Shown one piece after another: positions 31,311-40,354 of a DNA stretch of 64,000 nucleotides; within the stretch, counting starts at the first letter, position 1, and every line of letters begins with the position of its first letter. The position numbers and the translations under genes were made by a program. The notes beneath the pieces are model-generated. The model did no database searches, was not told the origin of the DNA, and worked only from the letters and a program-made list of their open reading frames with translations. The stretch comes from an uncultured delta proteobacterium (GTDB taxonomy: Bacteria > Myxococcota_A > Polyangia > Polyangiales > JAFGIB01): contig CAVZVA010000009.1 in NCBI GenBank assembly GCA_963778655.1, positions 480,001 to 544,000 of the forward strand. The letters run 5' to 3'.

Positions 31311-32156
31311 GTGGCCAAACGCGGCAGCTCGACCCCCCGAGCCAAGTGGACCTACTCGGGGCGACCTTCGGGCCCCCGGCTGCCGCGCACCAGCAAGCCG
31401 AGCGTCCGCCGTCTCGGGATCGACGACATCGAGATCGTGTTCCAACCGATCGTGGACCTCGGCACTCGCCAGGTGTTCGCGCACGAGGCCCTCACCCGCG
31501 GCAAGCCCGGCGTGACCGACCCAAGCGAGCTGTTCGAGCGTGCCACGCTCGAAGAGGCCTGGGGCAGGCTCGGCCGGCTGATTCGCGAGGTCACCTTCGA
31601 GCGCGGCGCCGGGCAGCCCTTGTTCATCAACGTGCACCCATCCGAGCTCAGCGCGCGCTGGCTGGTGCGTCCCGATGACCCGATCTACCAGCACAACCAC
31701 CACGTCTTTCTGGAAATCACCGAGTCGGCGACCTTCACCCACTACGAGATCTGCTTGAGCGTGCTCAAGGAGGTGCGCGCGCGCGCAGACGTGCGGCTGG
31801 CCATCGACGATCTCGGCGCCGGCTACTCGAACCTGATGCGCGTCATCGAGCTCGAGCCCCAAGTGGTCAAGCTGGACCGCCAGCTGGTCACCGGGCTGCA
31901 GACCAGCCCCAAGCAGCAGCGCCTGGTGTGCCACCTGGTGGAGCTGTGCCGCGAGCTGGGCGCCGAGGTGGTCGCCGAAGGCATCGAGACCGCCGAGGAG
32001 CTCGCCGCCGTAATCGACACCGGCGTTCAATACGGGCAGGGCTACGTGTTCGCGCGTCCGGCCTATCCGATGCCCAAGGCCACGTGGCCGGGCGAGACCA
32101 AGAGCCTGCCGCCCGAGAGCGGCAAGAAGACGCGCAGCCGTGGCCCCAAGACCTGA
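31311..32156 (+). CDS. Stand-alone EAL-domain c-di-GMP phosphodiesterase
   Basis: FQPIVD, EALTR, FINV, LEITE, IDDLGAGYS, VKLDR, VAEGIET and QGY motifs all intact. Confidence 0.93.
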   Translation: MAKRGSSTPRAKWTYSGRPSGPRLPRTSKPSVRRLGIDDIEIVFQPIVDLGTRQVFAHEALTRGKPGVTDPSELFERATLEEAWGRLGRLIREVTFERGAGQPLFINVHPSELSARWLVRPDDPIYQHNHHVFLEITESATFTHYEICLSVLKEVRARADVRLAIDDLGAGYSNLMRVIELEPQVVKLDRQLVTGLQTSPKQQRLVCHLVELCRELGAEVVAEGIETAEELAAVIDTGVQYGQGYVFARPAYPMPKATWPGETKSLPPESGKKTRSRGPKT

Positions 32157-32324
32157 AGCGACTCAGCAGGGGCCGCTATGTCGCACCGCGATGCCCGCGC
32201 CGTGCGCCGTACACTCGTAGATCTGGGTGCAGGCCTCGGGTTGCGGCATGCTGGTGCCGGGCGAGTACTACGCGGCCGCGGCGATTCTCCCGCCACCCCG
32301 GCTAGCGCGCGGCTCGGCGCGGTT

Positions 32325-33902
32325 TCACTTCACCACGGGGGGCGCGGGAGGCCGGTCGTCGGGCGTCAGGCAGGACGACAGGTCGAAGAGCATGAACTCG
32401 AGGGCCTTTTCCTGCGGGGACAGGTCCGCGGAGGTGCACTCCGCGGGCACAGGCTGGCTGGGGTCGTCCATCGACGCGGCGCCCACGTGCAGATCGCTGA
32501 ACACCACGCGCCCGCACTGCACCATGTTGTCCGGGTTGATCATGGCGTCGGTCGGCGTGTTGAACGAGAAGTACTGCACCGCGCCCGGGGGCATCGCGTT
32601 CTGATCGGCGATGATCCAGGTGGTCGACGGCGTGTTGGCCGGGGTGACGTCGGCGTTGTGGCGGGCGGCCTCGATCGGCAGCAAGCCGTTGGTCAGCGCA
32701 TTGACGCCCGTCAGCCACTCGTTGAGCGCTTGTCCCTTGGGGAACGGCGCGCCATTGGGCAGCGTGGTCACGATCTGGGCGTTGATGTTGCCGATCGAGT
32801 TGGCGCCGCTGCTCCAGGTGGCGAGGTTCTCGGACGCGTAGGGGCCGGTGTTGAACCACGCGTAGTGAAAGTGCGAAGCGAACACGCGGCCGCCCGCGCT
32901 GGCGTAGTCGTGCAGCGCCTGCTGGTTCATGTTGTCCGTGTCGTGGCCCTCGCAGGAGAGCAGCACGATATCGTAGGGCATCAGGTCGTCCACCGTGTCC
33001 CACAGCGATGCCGAGCTTGCCGGCGCTGCCGGGCTGGTGTTGGGCGCGGGCCCGATGTAACCGATGCCCGGAATCACCATGCCCGTGCCGCCGCCACCAC
33101 CGAAGAGTCCCGGGATGCCGCCGCCGCCGCCCGCGCCCGCACCCTGGAAGATGTGAATGCGGCCCGTGCCGCCCGCGCCGGGCACGTACTCGCTGGCGTC
33201 GACGCCCACGCGCCGCAACAGACACTCGAGCGTGTCCGCGCCGCCGGTCGAGATGGCGATGCTGGGGATGTCGCCCTCCATTTGATTCTTGGGCAAGGTC
33301 AGCGACTTGTCGGGCAGCGGGTTGTCCTGGCACTGCGCGACCGATGGCAGCGTGATCTGCCGGCGCCACTTGCCCACCTGAATCACCAGCGGGATGTCCG
33401 TACCGTCGGGCGCGTCCTTGAGCACGAAATTGCCGTGGGCGTCGGTCAGCGCGGCCACGACCGGCTTGCCGGTGTACAGGTCGCCGCACGCGTAGCACGA
33501 CGCGCCCAGCGTGAGCGGCTCCACCGGGGCGTTCGGGACGTAGACGGCGACATCGTAGATCGGGTTCTTGCCTGCCGGGTCGTAGACCGTGCCGCTGATC
33601 GTGGTGGAGGCCCCGCCCGCACAAGCGTGCTGTTGGCACTGCAGGTTGGTGCAGCCAGTCGGAGCCGCTCCGACCATGACGGTGGGTCCGGCGGCGACGC
33701 CGGGGCTGTTGCCGAACAGGTTGGCGCCCGAAGTCGAGCCGCTGTTGCCCGCGCTGCCGCTGGCCGTCGGCGCGGCCGAGGCAGCTCCGGGGGTCGGCCG
33801 ACCGGCCGCGCCGTCACTTCCGCCGCAGGCAGCGACGCCCGCGAGCACGCCCAAGATTCCCGCGCCCCGCGCGAGCGCGGCGCCCCTCGTCCAGCTCATC
33901 AT
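32325..33902 (-). CDS. Myxobacterial lipoprotein with carboxypeptidase-regulatory-like domain
   Basis: Lipobox VAAC; TTISGTVYDPAG.NP, PLVIQVGKWRR, ADTLECLLR, GGRVFASHFHY and QEKALEFMLFDL motifs. Confidence 0.8.
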   Translation of the reverse strand: MMSWTRGAALARGAGILGVLAGVAACGGSDGAAGRPTPGAASAAPTASGSAGNSGSTSGANLFGNSPGVAAGPTVMVGAAPTGCTNLQCQQHACAGGASTTISGTVYDPAGKNPIYDVAVYVPNAPVEPLTLGASCYACGDLYTGKPVVAALTDAHGNFVLKDAPDGTDIPLVIQVGKWRRQITLPSVAQCQDNPLPDKSLTLPKNQMEGDIPSIAISTGGADTLECLLRRVGVDASEYVPGAGGTGRIHIFQGAGAGGGGGIPGLFGGGGGTGMVIPGIGYIGPAPNTSPAAPASSASLWDTVDDLMPYDIVLLSCEGHDTDNMNQQALHDYASAGGRVFASHFHYAWFNTGPYASENLATWSSGANSIGNINAQIVTTLPNGAPFPKGQALNEWLTGVNALTNGLLPIEAARHNADVTPANTPSTTWIIADQNAMPPGAVQYFSFNTPTDAMINPDNMVQCGRVVFSDLHVGAASMDDPSQPVPAECTSADLSPQEKALEFMLFDLSSCLTPDDRPPAPPVVK

Positions 33903-34057
33903 CGCTACCGCCGTCCCAGTGTGTCAGACCCACAGCGCCACCCACGGCACTGCCAGCCCACGCTGGCCCGGCCGCATGGGCGTGTCCTTGGGACTTGATT
34001 GGCATTTGGTGGGTGTTTCTTGCGCGCCTCGGGCGTCAGCAGCCGGGCCCCAGGTCC

Positions 34058-34117
34058 GGGGTTGGGGGAGGGGGGGAGGGGGAGGGAGGGGGAGGGAGGG
34101 GGAGGGGGAAGGGGAAG
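34058..34117 (+). repeat. G-rich polypurine tract (GGGGGAGGGA-type units)
   Basis: About 60 nt almost entirely G/A, with about ten runs of three or more G. Confidence 0.85.
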
Positions 34118-34119
34118 CC

Positions 34120-34390
34120 TGGATCGCCTCCACGTGGACGCGGTTCTTGCCGCCGCGCTTGGCGCAATACATGAGCGCATCGGCGCCGCGCAGGACCTCA
34201 TCGAGGGTCGCCGGCGCGCGGGCTTACCAGACGGCGCCCACGCTCGCGGTCACGGGCCAGCCGTGCGCGCGCATGCTCGAGGCCAGCGCTCACGGATGCG
34301 CTCGAGCGAGCCGCGAGCCGCATCCTGGTGGCAGTCGACCAACAGCATCACGAAACGGAAAGCGCGAAATCGACCAGCGTCTTCAGGGAT
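34120..34390 (-). pseudogene. Degraded GGDEF diguanylate cyclase fragment
   Basis: FVMLLVDC..DAARGSLERIRE, a frameshift, WPVTASVGAVW-TAA, then LDEVLRGADALMYCAKRGGKNRV; the GGDE residues themselves are missing. Confidence 0.8.
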
Positions 34391-34556
34391 GCGTGCCTCA
34401 CCGGACGCTCGATGCTATCACAGGCGGCCCGCCGCGATTCAGAAGGCGCTGCGAGCCCGCGCTGCCCTCACTGCAGCTCGCCGGCGCCTAGCACGGCCGC
34501 CGCGATTCGAGGCAAGCACGCCAGCATGTCGCGTCATGGTAACGCAACCGCGGTCG

Positions 34557-35756
34557 TTACATCAGGTGGACCAGCGTGATGCCCGTGACCGCGCTGCTTC
34601 CGGTCACCCTCACCTTGCCGCTGCCATCGAGGCCCGCCCGCCACACGTTGCCGCTCAGGTCGCTGAAGTACATCGCGCCTGCCGGCAGGTCGAGCGTGAT
34701 GCCGATCGGCTGCGAGAGGCCGGTGACCAGCGTTTCGACGTCACTGCGGCTTACCGCGTTCTGGCCCGCCGGCAGGTCCATCCCCGCGCGCTGCACCGTG
34801 CCGAGCGAGCGATCGGTCCAGTACAGCTGCCGCTTGTCGAGATCGAGCTCGAGGTCGATCGGCATGGTGTTGGCACCGAGCACCACCAGGTCCTCGATGT
34901 CGGTTCGGTTCGCATCGGTCTGTCCCGCCGGCAGGTCGAGCCCGGCGCGCATGATCTTGCGCGCGTCCTTGTCGCTGAAATAGAGCTGCGCGTGCGCCAC
35001 GTCGAGCGCGATGCCGACCGGCTGCTGCAGGCCGTGTCCACTGGCCAGCGTTTCGGGCTGGCTGCCGTCCATGTTGGCGCGCCACAGCTTGGCGCCTTCG
35101 CGGTCGCACCAGTACAGCTTGTGGTGCACGCCGTCGATCGCCAGCTGCTTGAAGGTGTTGCCCACGCCCACCGGCACGATGGTCTCGATGCCCGTGCCGT
35201 CGAGCGCCGCGCGCTGCACGGTGCCGAGGTTTGCGCCGCCGAGCGCGCTGCCCATGTTGGTCCAGAACAGGTAACCGCCCTCCACATCGACGCTGACGCC
35301 GTCCGGCGCGCTGATCCCGTTGCCGGTCGCGATCGCGCGCGCGTCCGAGCCGTCGGCGTTGGCGCGCCAGACCGCGTTGCCGAAGATGTCGAGCCAGTAC
35401 AGCACGGGCTTGCCGGCCGCAGGCGCGGTGGGCTGACCGGCGCCGCCGCCGGCATCGGCCTGCGCGGGCGGCGCCGCGGCGTCGGCCGCGGGACCGGGCT
35501 GCGCCGGCCCGGGCCCGACGCCGGAATCGGCGGTCGTGACTTGCATGCCCGAGCCGCCGAGCGCGGGCGCGGGCGCGCCGGTCGCGGGCGAGCCGGTCGA
35601 GCCCCCGCTGCCCGCCGCCGCGGCGGGCATGGCCGGCCGGGGACCGGCGGTCGCGCCGGCCGGCGTGGCCATCGAGGGACTGCTGCAACCGAGCAGCCAC
35701 AGCAGCGCCGCGGCCGGCGCGGTCATCGACTGCGCGCGCGATCCGAGAGCCGTCAT
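34557..35756 (-). CDS. YWTD (LDL-receptor class B-like) beta-propeller lipoprotein
   Basis: Lipobox LLGC; Ala/Pro linker; six repeats LYWLD, LFWTN, LYWCD, LYFSD, LYWTD, MYFSD. Start may be 35726. Confidence 0.82.
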   Translation of the reverse strand: MTALGSRAQSMTAPAAALLWLLGCSSPSMATPAGATAGPRPAMPAAAAGSGGSTGSPATGAPAPALGGSGMQVTTADSGVGPGPAQPGPAADAAAPPAQADAGGGAGQPTAPAAGKPVLYWLDIFGNAVWRANADGSDARAIATGNGISAPDGVSVDVEGGYLFWTNMGSALGGANLGTVQRAALDGTGIETIVPVGVGNTFKQLAIDGVHHKLYWCDREGAKLWRANMDGSQPETLASGHGLQQPVGIALDVAHAQLYFSDKDARKIMRAGLDLPAGQTDANRTDIEDLVVLGANTMPIDLELDLDKRQLYWTDRSLGTVQRAGMDLPAGQNAVSRSDVETLVTGLSQPIGITLDLPAGAMYFSDLSGNVWRAGLDGSGKVRVTGSSAVTGITLVHLM

Positions 35757-35887
35757 CAGGCGCCAACTACCTTTCCGACCACACCCGCAGCCAGCGTTGC
35801 GCCTTTCGCTGGCGCGATCAAGCGCCGCTCGCGCCGCTCCCCAAAAAGCTACTCGGCGGTGCGGGCTCGCGCGGCCACGCGGCGCGC

Positions 35888-36790
35888 TCAGAACAGCGCC
35901 GGCTGTTTCGGCTGCGGGCGCGCAAAGCCGACGCATTCCGGAGCGAACGCGGCCAGCCGCGCCGCCGCGATCCGCACCGCTTCCGGATTGCTGTCGACGA
36001 GCACGAAGCCGCGGCCGTGGCGTGCGGCGGCCTCGCCCGTGGTGCCGCTTCCGGCGAAGAAATCGAGCACCACGTCGCCCGGGCGCGTGTGCACCTTGAC
36101 CAGGCGGTTGAGCACCCCGAGCGGCTTCTGGGTCGGATAGCCGGTCTTCTCGTGTCCGCTGGTGGGGACGATCGTGTGCCACCAGACGTCGGTCGGGGTC
36201 TTGCCGCGCGCGGCCTTCTCGCGCGACACGAGTCCCGGCGCCATGTACGGGATGCGGTCCATCTCGGCGAAGTCGAACACGTAGCCGCCCGGATCGAGCG
36301 CATACCAGAGGATGGTGTCGTGCTTGGCCGGCCAGCGGCTCTTGGGCCGGCCGCCGTAGTCATAGGCCCAGATGATCTCGTTCATGAAGCAGTCGCGCCC
36401 GAGCAGGTGATCGAGCGCGACCTTGATGTAATGGACCTCGCGCGCGTCCAGGTGCACGAACAGCGAGCCGTCGGCGGTGAGGCAGCGCAGCGCGGCCTCG
36501 ATGCGCGGCATCAGGAACGCTTCGAAGTCGTCGAAGGCGTCGCCGAAGGCGCTGCTCGGCAGCGTCTCGATGTCGTAACGCTTGCCGCCGAACCCGCCGC
36601 GCTCGCCGCGCCCGTCGCTGGCGCTGACGCGCATGCGCTCGCGCCGCTGCAGCTTGCCGCTGTTGAACGGCGGATCGATGTAGATGGCGCGCGCCAGCTG
36701 TGCGGGCAGGCGGGGCAGCACGTCGGCGTTGTCGCCCAGGATGATCTGTTTGAGCACGGCTGGGTCAAAGTAGCGCGTTTCTCTGCCCAT
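35888..36790 (-). CDS. Site-specific DNA methyltransferase (beta-class N6/N4)
   Basis: Catalytic YIDPPF precedes the SAM-binding DFFAGSGTT; NEIIWAY and YPTQKP motifs. Confidence 0.93.
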   Translation of the reverse strand: MGRETRYFDPAVLKQIILGDNADVLPRLPAQLARAIYIDPPFNSGKLQRRERMRVSASDGRGERGGFGGKRYDIETLPSSAFGDAFDDFEAFLMPRIEAALRCLTADGSLFVHLDAREVHYIKVALDHLLGRDCFMNEIIWAYDYGGRPKSRWPAKHDTILWYALDPGGYVFDFAEMDRIPYMAPGLVSREKAARGKTPTDVWWHTIVPTSGHEKTGYPTQKPLGVLNRLVKVHTRPGDVVLDFFAGSGTTGEAAARHGRGFVLVDSNPEAVRIAAARLAAFAPECVGFARPQPKQPALF

Positions 36791-36884
36791 GGGCAGGCGC
36801 CGGCGGGCGGCCGTGCTGCTGCCCGCGGGAAGATGCTAGGGTCTGCGCGCCGGTATCGGGAGCCGGCCGGAGGGTAGCGTCGTG

Positions 36885-37673
36885 ATGAAGGATTTGTTTT
36901 CGCTGCAGGGGCGCACCGCGTTGATCACCGGGGGCTCGCGCGGCATCGGCAGGATGATCGCCCAGGGCTTTCTCGAGTTCGGCGCCAAGGTGTACATCTC
37001 CTCGCGCAAGGCCGAGGCGTGCAACGCCACCGCGGTCGAGCTTTCGGCCGGGGGCGCGACCTGCGTGTCGCTGCCTCAGGACGTCTCGAGCGTGACCGGC
37101 TGCCGCGCGCTGGCCGGCGCGATCATGGCGCGCGAGAGCAAGCTCGACATCCTGGTCAACAACGCAGGCGCCGCCTGGGCCGCGGACTTCGACGAGTTCC
37201 CGGAGCAAGGCTGGGACAAGGTGATGAACCTGAACCTCAAGTCGCCCTTCTTTCTGACCCAGGCGCTGCACGGCGCGCTCAAGGCCGCGGCCAGCGACGC
37301 GCGGCCGGCCAAGGTGATCAACATCGCCTCGATCGACGGCATCCGCCTGAACCCGCTCGAGACTTATTCCTATCACGCGTCCAAGGCCGGGCTGATCTAC
37401 CTGACCCAGCGCATGGCCGCGAAGCTGGTGGCCGACCGCATCGTGGTCAGCGCGATCGCGCCCGGGCCCTTCGCCTCGGAGATGAACCGCGCGGCGCGCG
37501 ATTTCAGCGAGGTCGTGGCTGCGCGCACGCCGATGCGGCGCATCGGCCGCGACGACGACATGGCCGGGGCCGCGATCTACCTGGCCTCGCGCGCGGGCGA
37601 CTACGTGGTGGGTGAGACGATCGCGGTCGACGGCGGCATCGCCTACGCCAATCTGCCTCAAGCCGCCGGTTGA
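36885..37673 (+). CDS. Short-chain dehydrogenase/reductase
   Basis: TGGSRGIG, NNAG and YHASK motifs. Confidence 0.93.
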   Translation: MKDLFSLQGRTALITGGSRGIGRMIAQGFLEFGAKVYISSRKAEACNATAVELSAGGATCVSLPQDVSSVTGCRALAGAIMARESKLDILVNNAGAAWAADFDEFPEQGWDKVMNLNLKSPFFLTQALHGALKAAASDARPAKVINIASIDGIRLNPLETYSYHASKAGLIYLTQRMAAKLVADRIVVSAIAPGPFASEMNRAARDFSEVVAARTPMRRIGRDDDMAGAAIYLASRAGDYVVGETIAVDGGIAYANLPQAAG

Positions 37674-37976
37674 GCCGCAGAGAGCCGTGCTCGGATTCTT
37701 CGGCAGCGAGCTCACGCAGACGCTGCGATCGTTGCCACCTGGATGTGGCCAACTCAGGTCATGCGCCGGCCGAAAGACGCGCTGAAGGTAAACTGCCTGC
37801 GCCGCCGCTTCGGGCGCGGCGCGTGACCTGGCTCACAGCGTGACTCGCAGCCGGGGTTGCGCCGGAGCGCGTGGCGCCACCGTCTCGAGCAGACGAGCGC
37901 GCTCCGTGTTACAAGCGGAGCTCGCTGCTCAACGGGGCGGGGAGGGTGCTGTGGGCCCCGCCCGAGGAGGCTTGTC

Positions 37977-39056
37977 ATGAACGTGCCCAAACGCCTTGTA
38001 TGGTTGCTGCTCATCGCAGCTTCGAGCGGCTGCGGCGCGGACGCCACTACGTCCGACGCAACGGTAGCGAGCGCGAGCGCCGCGCTGCGGGAGAGCAGCT
38101 TCTCGTTCGAGCTGAGCTTGCGCGACGCGAGCCCGGTGCAGATCCACGCACGCCTGTGGAGCGGCGGGGCACGGACGGGCGCGACCGTGCTCGCGGTGCA
38201 CGGGCTATCGGAGACGGCGGCGACATTCGAGCCGCTGGCCAGCGCGATCCTGAACGACCGCTGGCTGCGACGCCGCGTGCGGCGCGTGATTGCGATCGAC
38301 ATGCCGGGTCATGGCGAGAGCGGGTTCCCCGATTCCGCAAGCGGCCTCAGCTTTGGGGACCTGACGATCGAGGATAACGTCGGTGTGCTGATCGACGCGA
38401 TCCGCGAGCTGCGCCGGCAGCGGCTCGCGCCCAGCGTGGTGATCGCGCACAGCATGGGCGGGCTCGAAGTCCAGGCCGCGCAAGAGACTCTGCTCGCGCA
38501 GGGATCGAGCCTGGCGCGGCTCGGTATCCGCCGCGTGCTTCTGCTCGCGCCGGTCCCGCCACACGGGCAGCCCTGGCAGGTGCCGGCGGGTGACCTGTCA
38601 CCGTTCATCGTGCAGGACCCCGATCTCGGGGCGTACCTGCAGGTTCCTCCCGAGCTGTTCGTCGCACAGTCGTTTGGCAGGCTCGATGGCACTGTGGCCT
38701 CGAATGCGCCCAGCCCGCAGCAGGCCGCCGACGCCGGCTACATCGGGCTGGAGCCTCTGTCGACCCTGCTGCAACTGGTCGAGCTGCCCGTTCAGCTGCC
38801 CGACGGCGGAACCTTCACGCCGGCTCGTCCGAGCGTGCGAGCAGACGCCTTCCGGCTGCGCAACGGCACCTTGCTGGAGCTCGCATCGTTCGAGCAAGAC
38901 GTGTTGGTTCACGCCGATGACCTCGCCCAGCTCTATCCTTACCTCACCGGCGACGAGCGCGGCTGGCTCTACGATCCGGTGGCCGGCCGCGATGCCGTCC
39001 ACAGCACGTTCGTGTCGGATCCAAGCAGCCTGCTCGGCGCGCTGCACTGGCCGTAA
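37977..39056 (+). CDS. Alpha/beta-fold hydrolase lipoprotein
   Basis: RBS GAGGAGG; lipobox-like SSGC; VHGL, IDMPGHGES and AHSMGG nucleophile elbow; C-terminal His. Confidence 0.88.
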   Translation: MNVPKRLVWLLLIAASSGCGADATTSDATVASASAALRESSFSFELSLRDASPVQIHARLWSGGARTGATVLAVHGLSETAATFEPLASAILNDRWLRRRVRRVIAIDMPGHGESGFPDSASGLSFGDLTIEDNVGVLIDAIRELRRQRLAPSVVIAHSMGGLEVQAAQETLLAQGSSLARLGIRRVLLLAPVPPHGQPWQVPAGDLSPFIVQDPDLGAYLQVPPELFVAQSFGRLDGTVASNAPSPQQAADAGYIGLEPLSTLLQLVELPVQLPDGGTFTPARPSVRADAFRLRNGTLLELASFEQDVLVHADDLAQLYPYLTGDERGWLYDPVAGRDAVHSTFVSDPSSLLGALHWP

Positions 39057-39074
39057 TCGCGATGCCCGGCGGCA

Positions 39075-39234
39075 TACTCCCTGTCGGAGCTTGCGCCGGG
39101 CTCGGGTCGCCTTGCTCGAGCGCGTAGCCCGCAGCGGCGTAGCGCTTCATGCCGCCGTCGAGCACGTGCACGTTGCCCTGGCCCGGATACAGCAGCAGCC
39201 AGGCCGTGCGCGACGCGAACAGTCCGTCGTCTAC
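39075..39234 (-). pseudogene. Sulfurtransferase (rhodanese) fragment
   Basis: DDGLFASRTAWLLLYPGQGNVHVLDGGMKRYAAAGYALEQG matches the C-terminal signature of a rhodanese N-domain; no start codon or preceding domain. Confidence 0.7.
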
Positions 39235-39238
39235 CCGC

Positions 39239-39952
39239 CTACTTCACGCCCTGGACCTGCGCCGGGATCTCGGTGCAGGGCGTGACGGTGCCAGCCGCCA
39301 TGCCGAGCGACTTGGCCACCGAAGCGCTGTCGACGCAGCCAAGCGGCGCGATCTGATCGATCACGAAACCGCAGGTGCCGTCCGGGCGGCAGCAGCCCGG
39401 AAGGCTCAAGAAGCCCATCACGCTAGTGCTCGGACAGGCCATGGTCTGCGTACCTGGCGCGTTCTGCTCCGCGCACATCGACTCGCCCGTCAGCGAGCTC
39501 ACGTCGAGGCCGCAGCGGCCGGCGGCGGTGCAGCAGGCCTCGAGCGTGCCTGTGAATCCCATCGAGGACTGGCACGGCATGCAGGCCGACACGTCGTGCG
39601 AGACCGGGCCCGCCGCGGCCGCCGCCGTGCCGCTGGTGGCCATCGGCAGGGCGCCCGGCGCGGCAGCGGCGCCGGTGCCCACCGGCAACACGCCTGCGCC
39701 ACCGGTGCCGCTGGCGCCCGGGCCGGTGTCGACCGGCGCGGCGCCCGTGCCGCCTGCGCCTGCGCCCGCGAGCCCGCCGATGCCGGCGGTGCCTGCCGGC
39801 AGGCCGCTGAAGGTCGGCGGTGTGGCCACGCTCGTCTTGTCGAGATCGTGCGCGTTCGAGCACGCGCTCGCCGCGAGCCACACGCTCGCCGCGAGCGCAA
39901 AACGGCGCCACCGCGCCACTGGGCGGCAAGCACGAACCACCTGACCAAGCAT
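39239..39952 (-). CDS. Cys-rich hypothetical lipoprotein
   Basis: Lipobox ASAC; Gly/Ala linker; two C...CC...G.CG...C repeats. Confidence 0.75.
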   Translation of the reverse strand: MLGQVVRACRPVARWRRFALAASVWLAASACSNAHDLDKTSVATPPTFSGLPAGTAGIGGLAGAGAGGTGAAPVDTGPGASGTGGAGVLPVGTGAAAAPGALPMATSGTAAAAAGPVSHDVSACMPCQSSMGFTGTLEACCTAAGRCGLDVSSLTGESMCAEQNAPGTQTMACPSTSVMGFLSLPGCCRPDGTCGFVIDQIAPLGCVDSASVAKSLGMAAGTVTPCTEIPAQVQGVK

Positions 39953-40354
39953 GAAGCTCACTCCTGCGCCGTACGCTGGTCGCTCTTCGCGCGCCGGCGT
40001 CTTGCACAACGCTAGCACGCGCTGGCGCGCGCTTGCAGTGCTTTTTGCCGCGACTGGTCGCCGAATGCGCCGCGAGCTTTACAGCGTAGAAGAATGCCTG
40101 CCGCTCTTGGCGAATCGCTTGAGCAAGGGCGAGGGTCGCACAGCGCGGCGTGCTGCTGCCGAAAGCGAGCGATGGCTTGGTAGACCTTGTCCAGGCCCCC
40201 CAGCTCGCGGGAGCCGGACGGCGCTCATCTATTCACGACGTCGTAGCTTTCCTTCGTGTCGCGAGACCCGCCTGACAGATCGAGCGGCACCGCGTCCGTC
40301 TGCAAGGTCGAGAACTGGGGCACGCCTGGCGAACCCGCTGGCGGGCTGACGTCA

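Noticed and set aside
35888..36790. Restriction-modification or defence island
   Set aside because: No nuclease, specificity subunit or other defence genes are adjacent.
40022..40037. Sigma-54 promoter-like TGGC...TTGCA
   Set aside because: Only 9 nt between GG and GC rather than the required 10, and it points away from the nearby gene start.
40040..40350. Intergenic stretch of slightly lower GC, possible small gene or ncRNA
   Set aside because: No convincing ORF, RBS or recognisable RNA structure.
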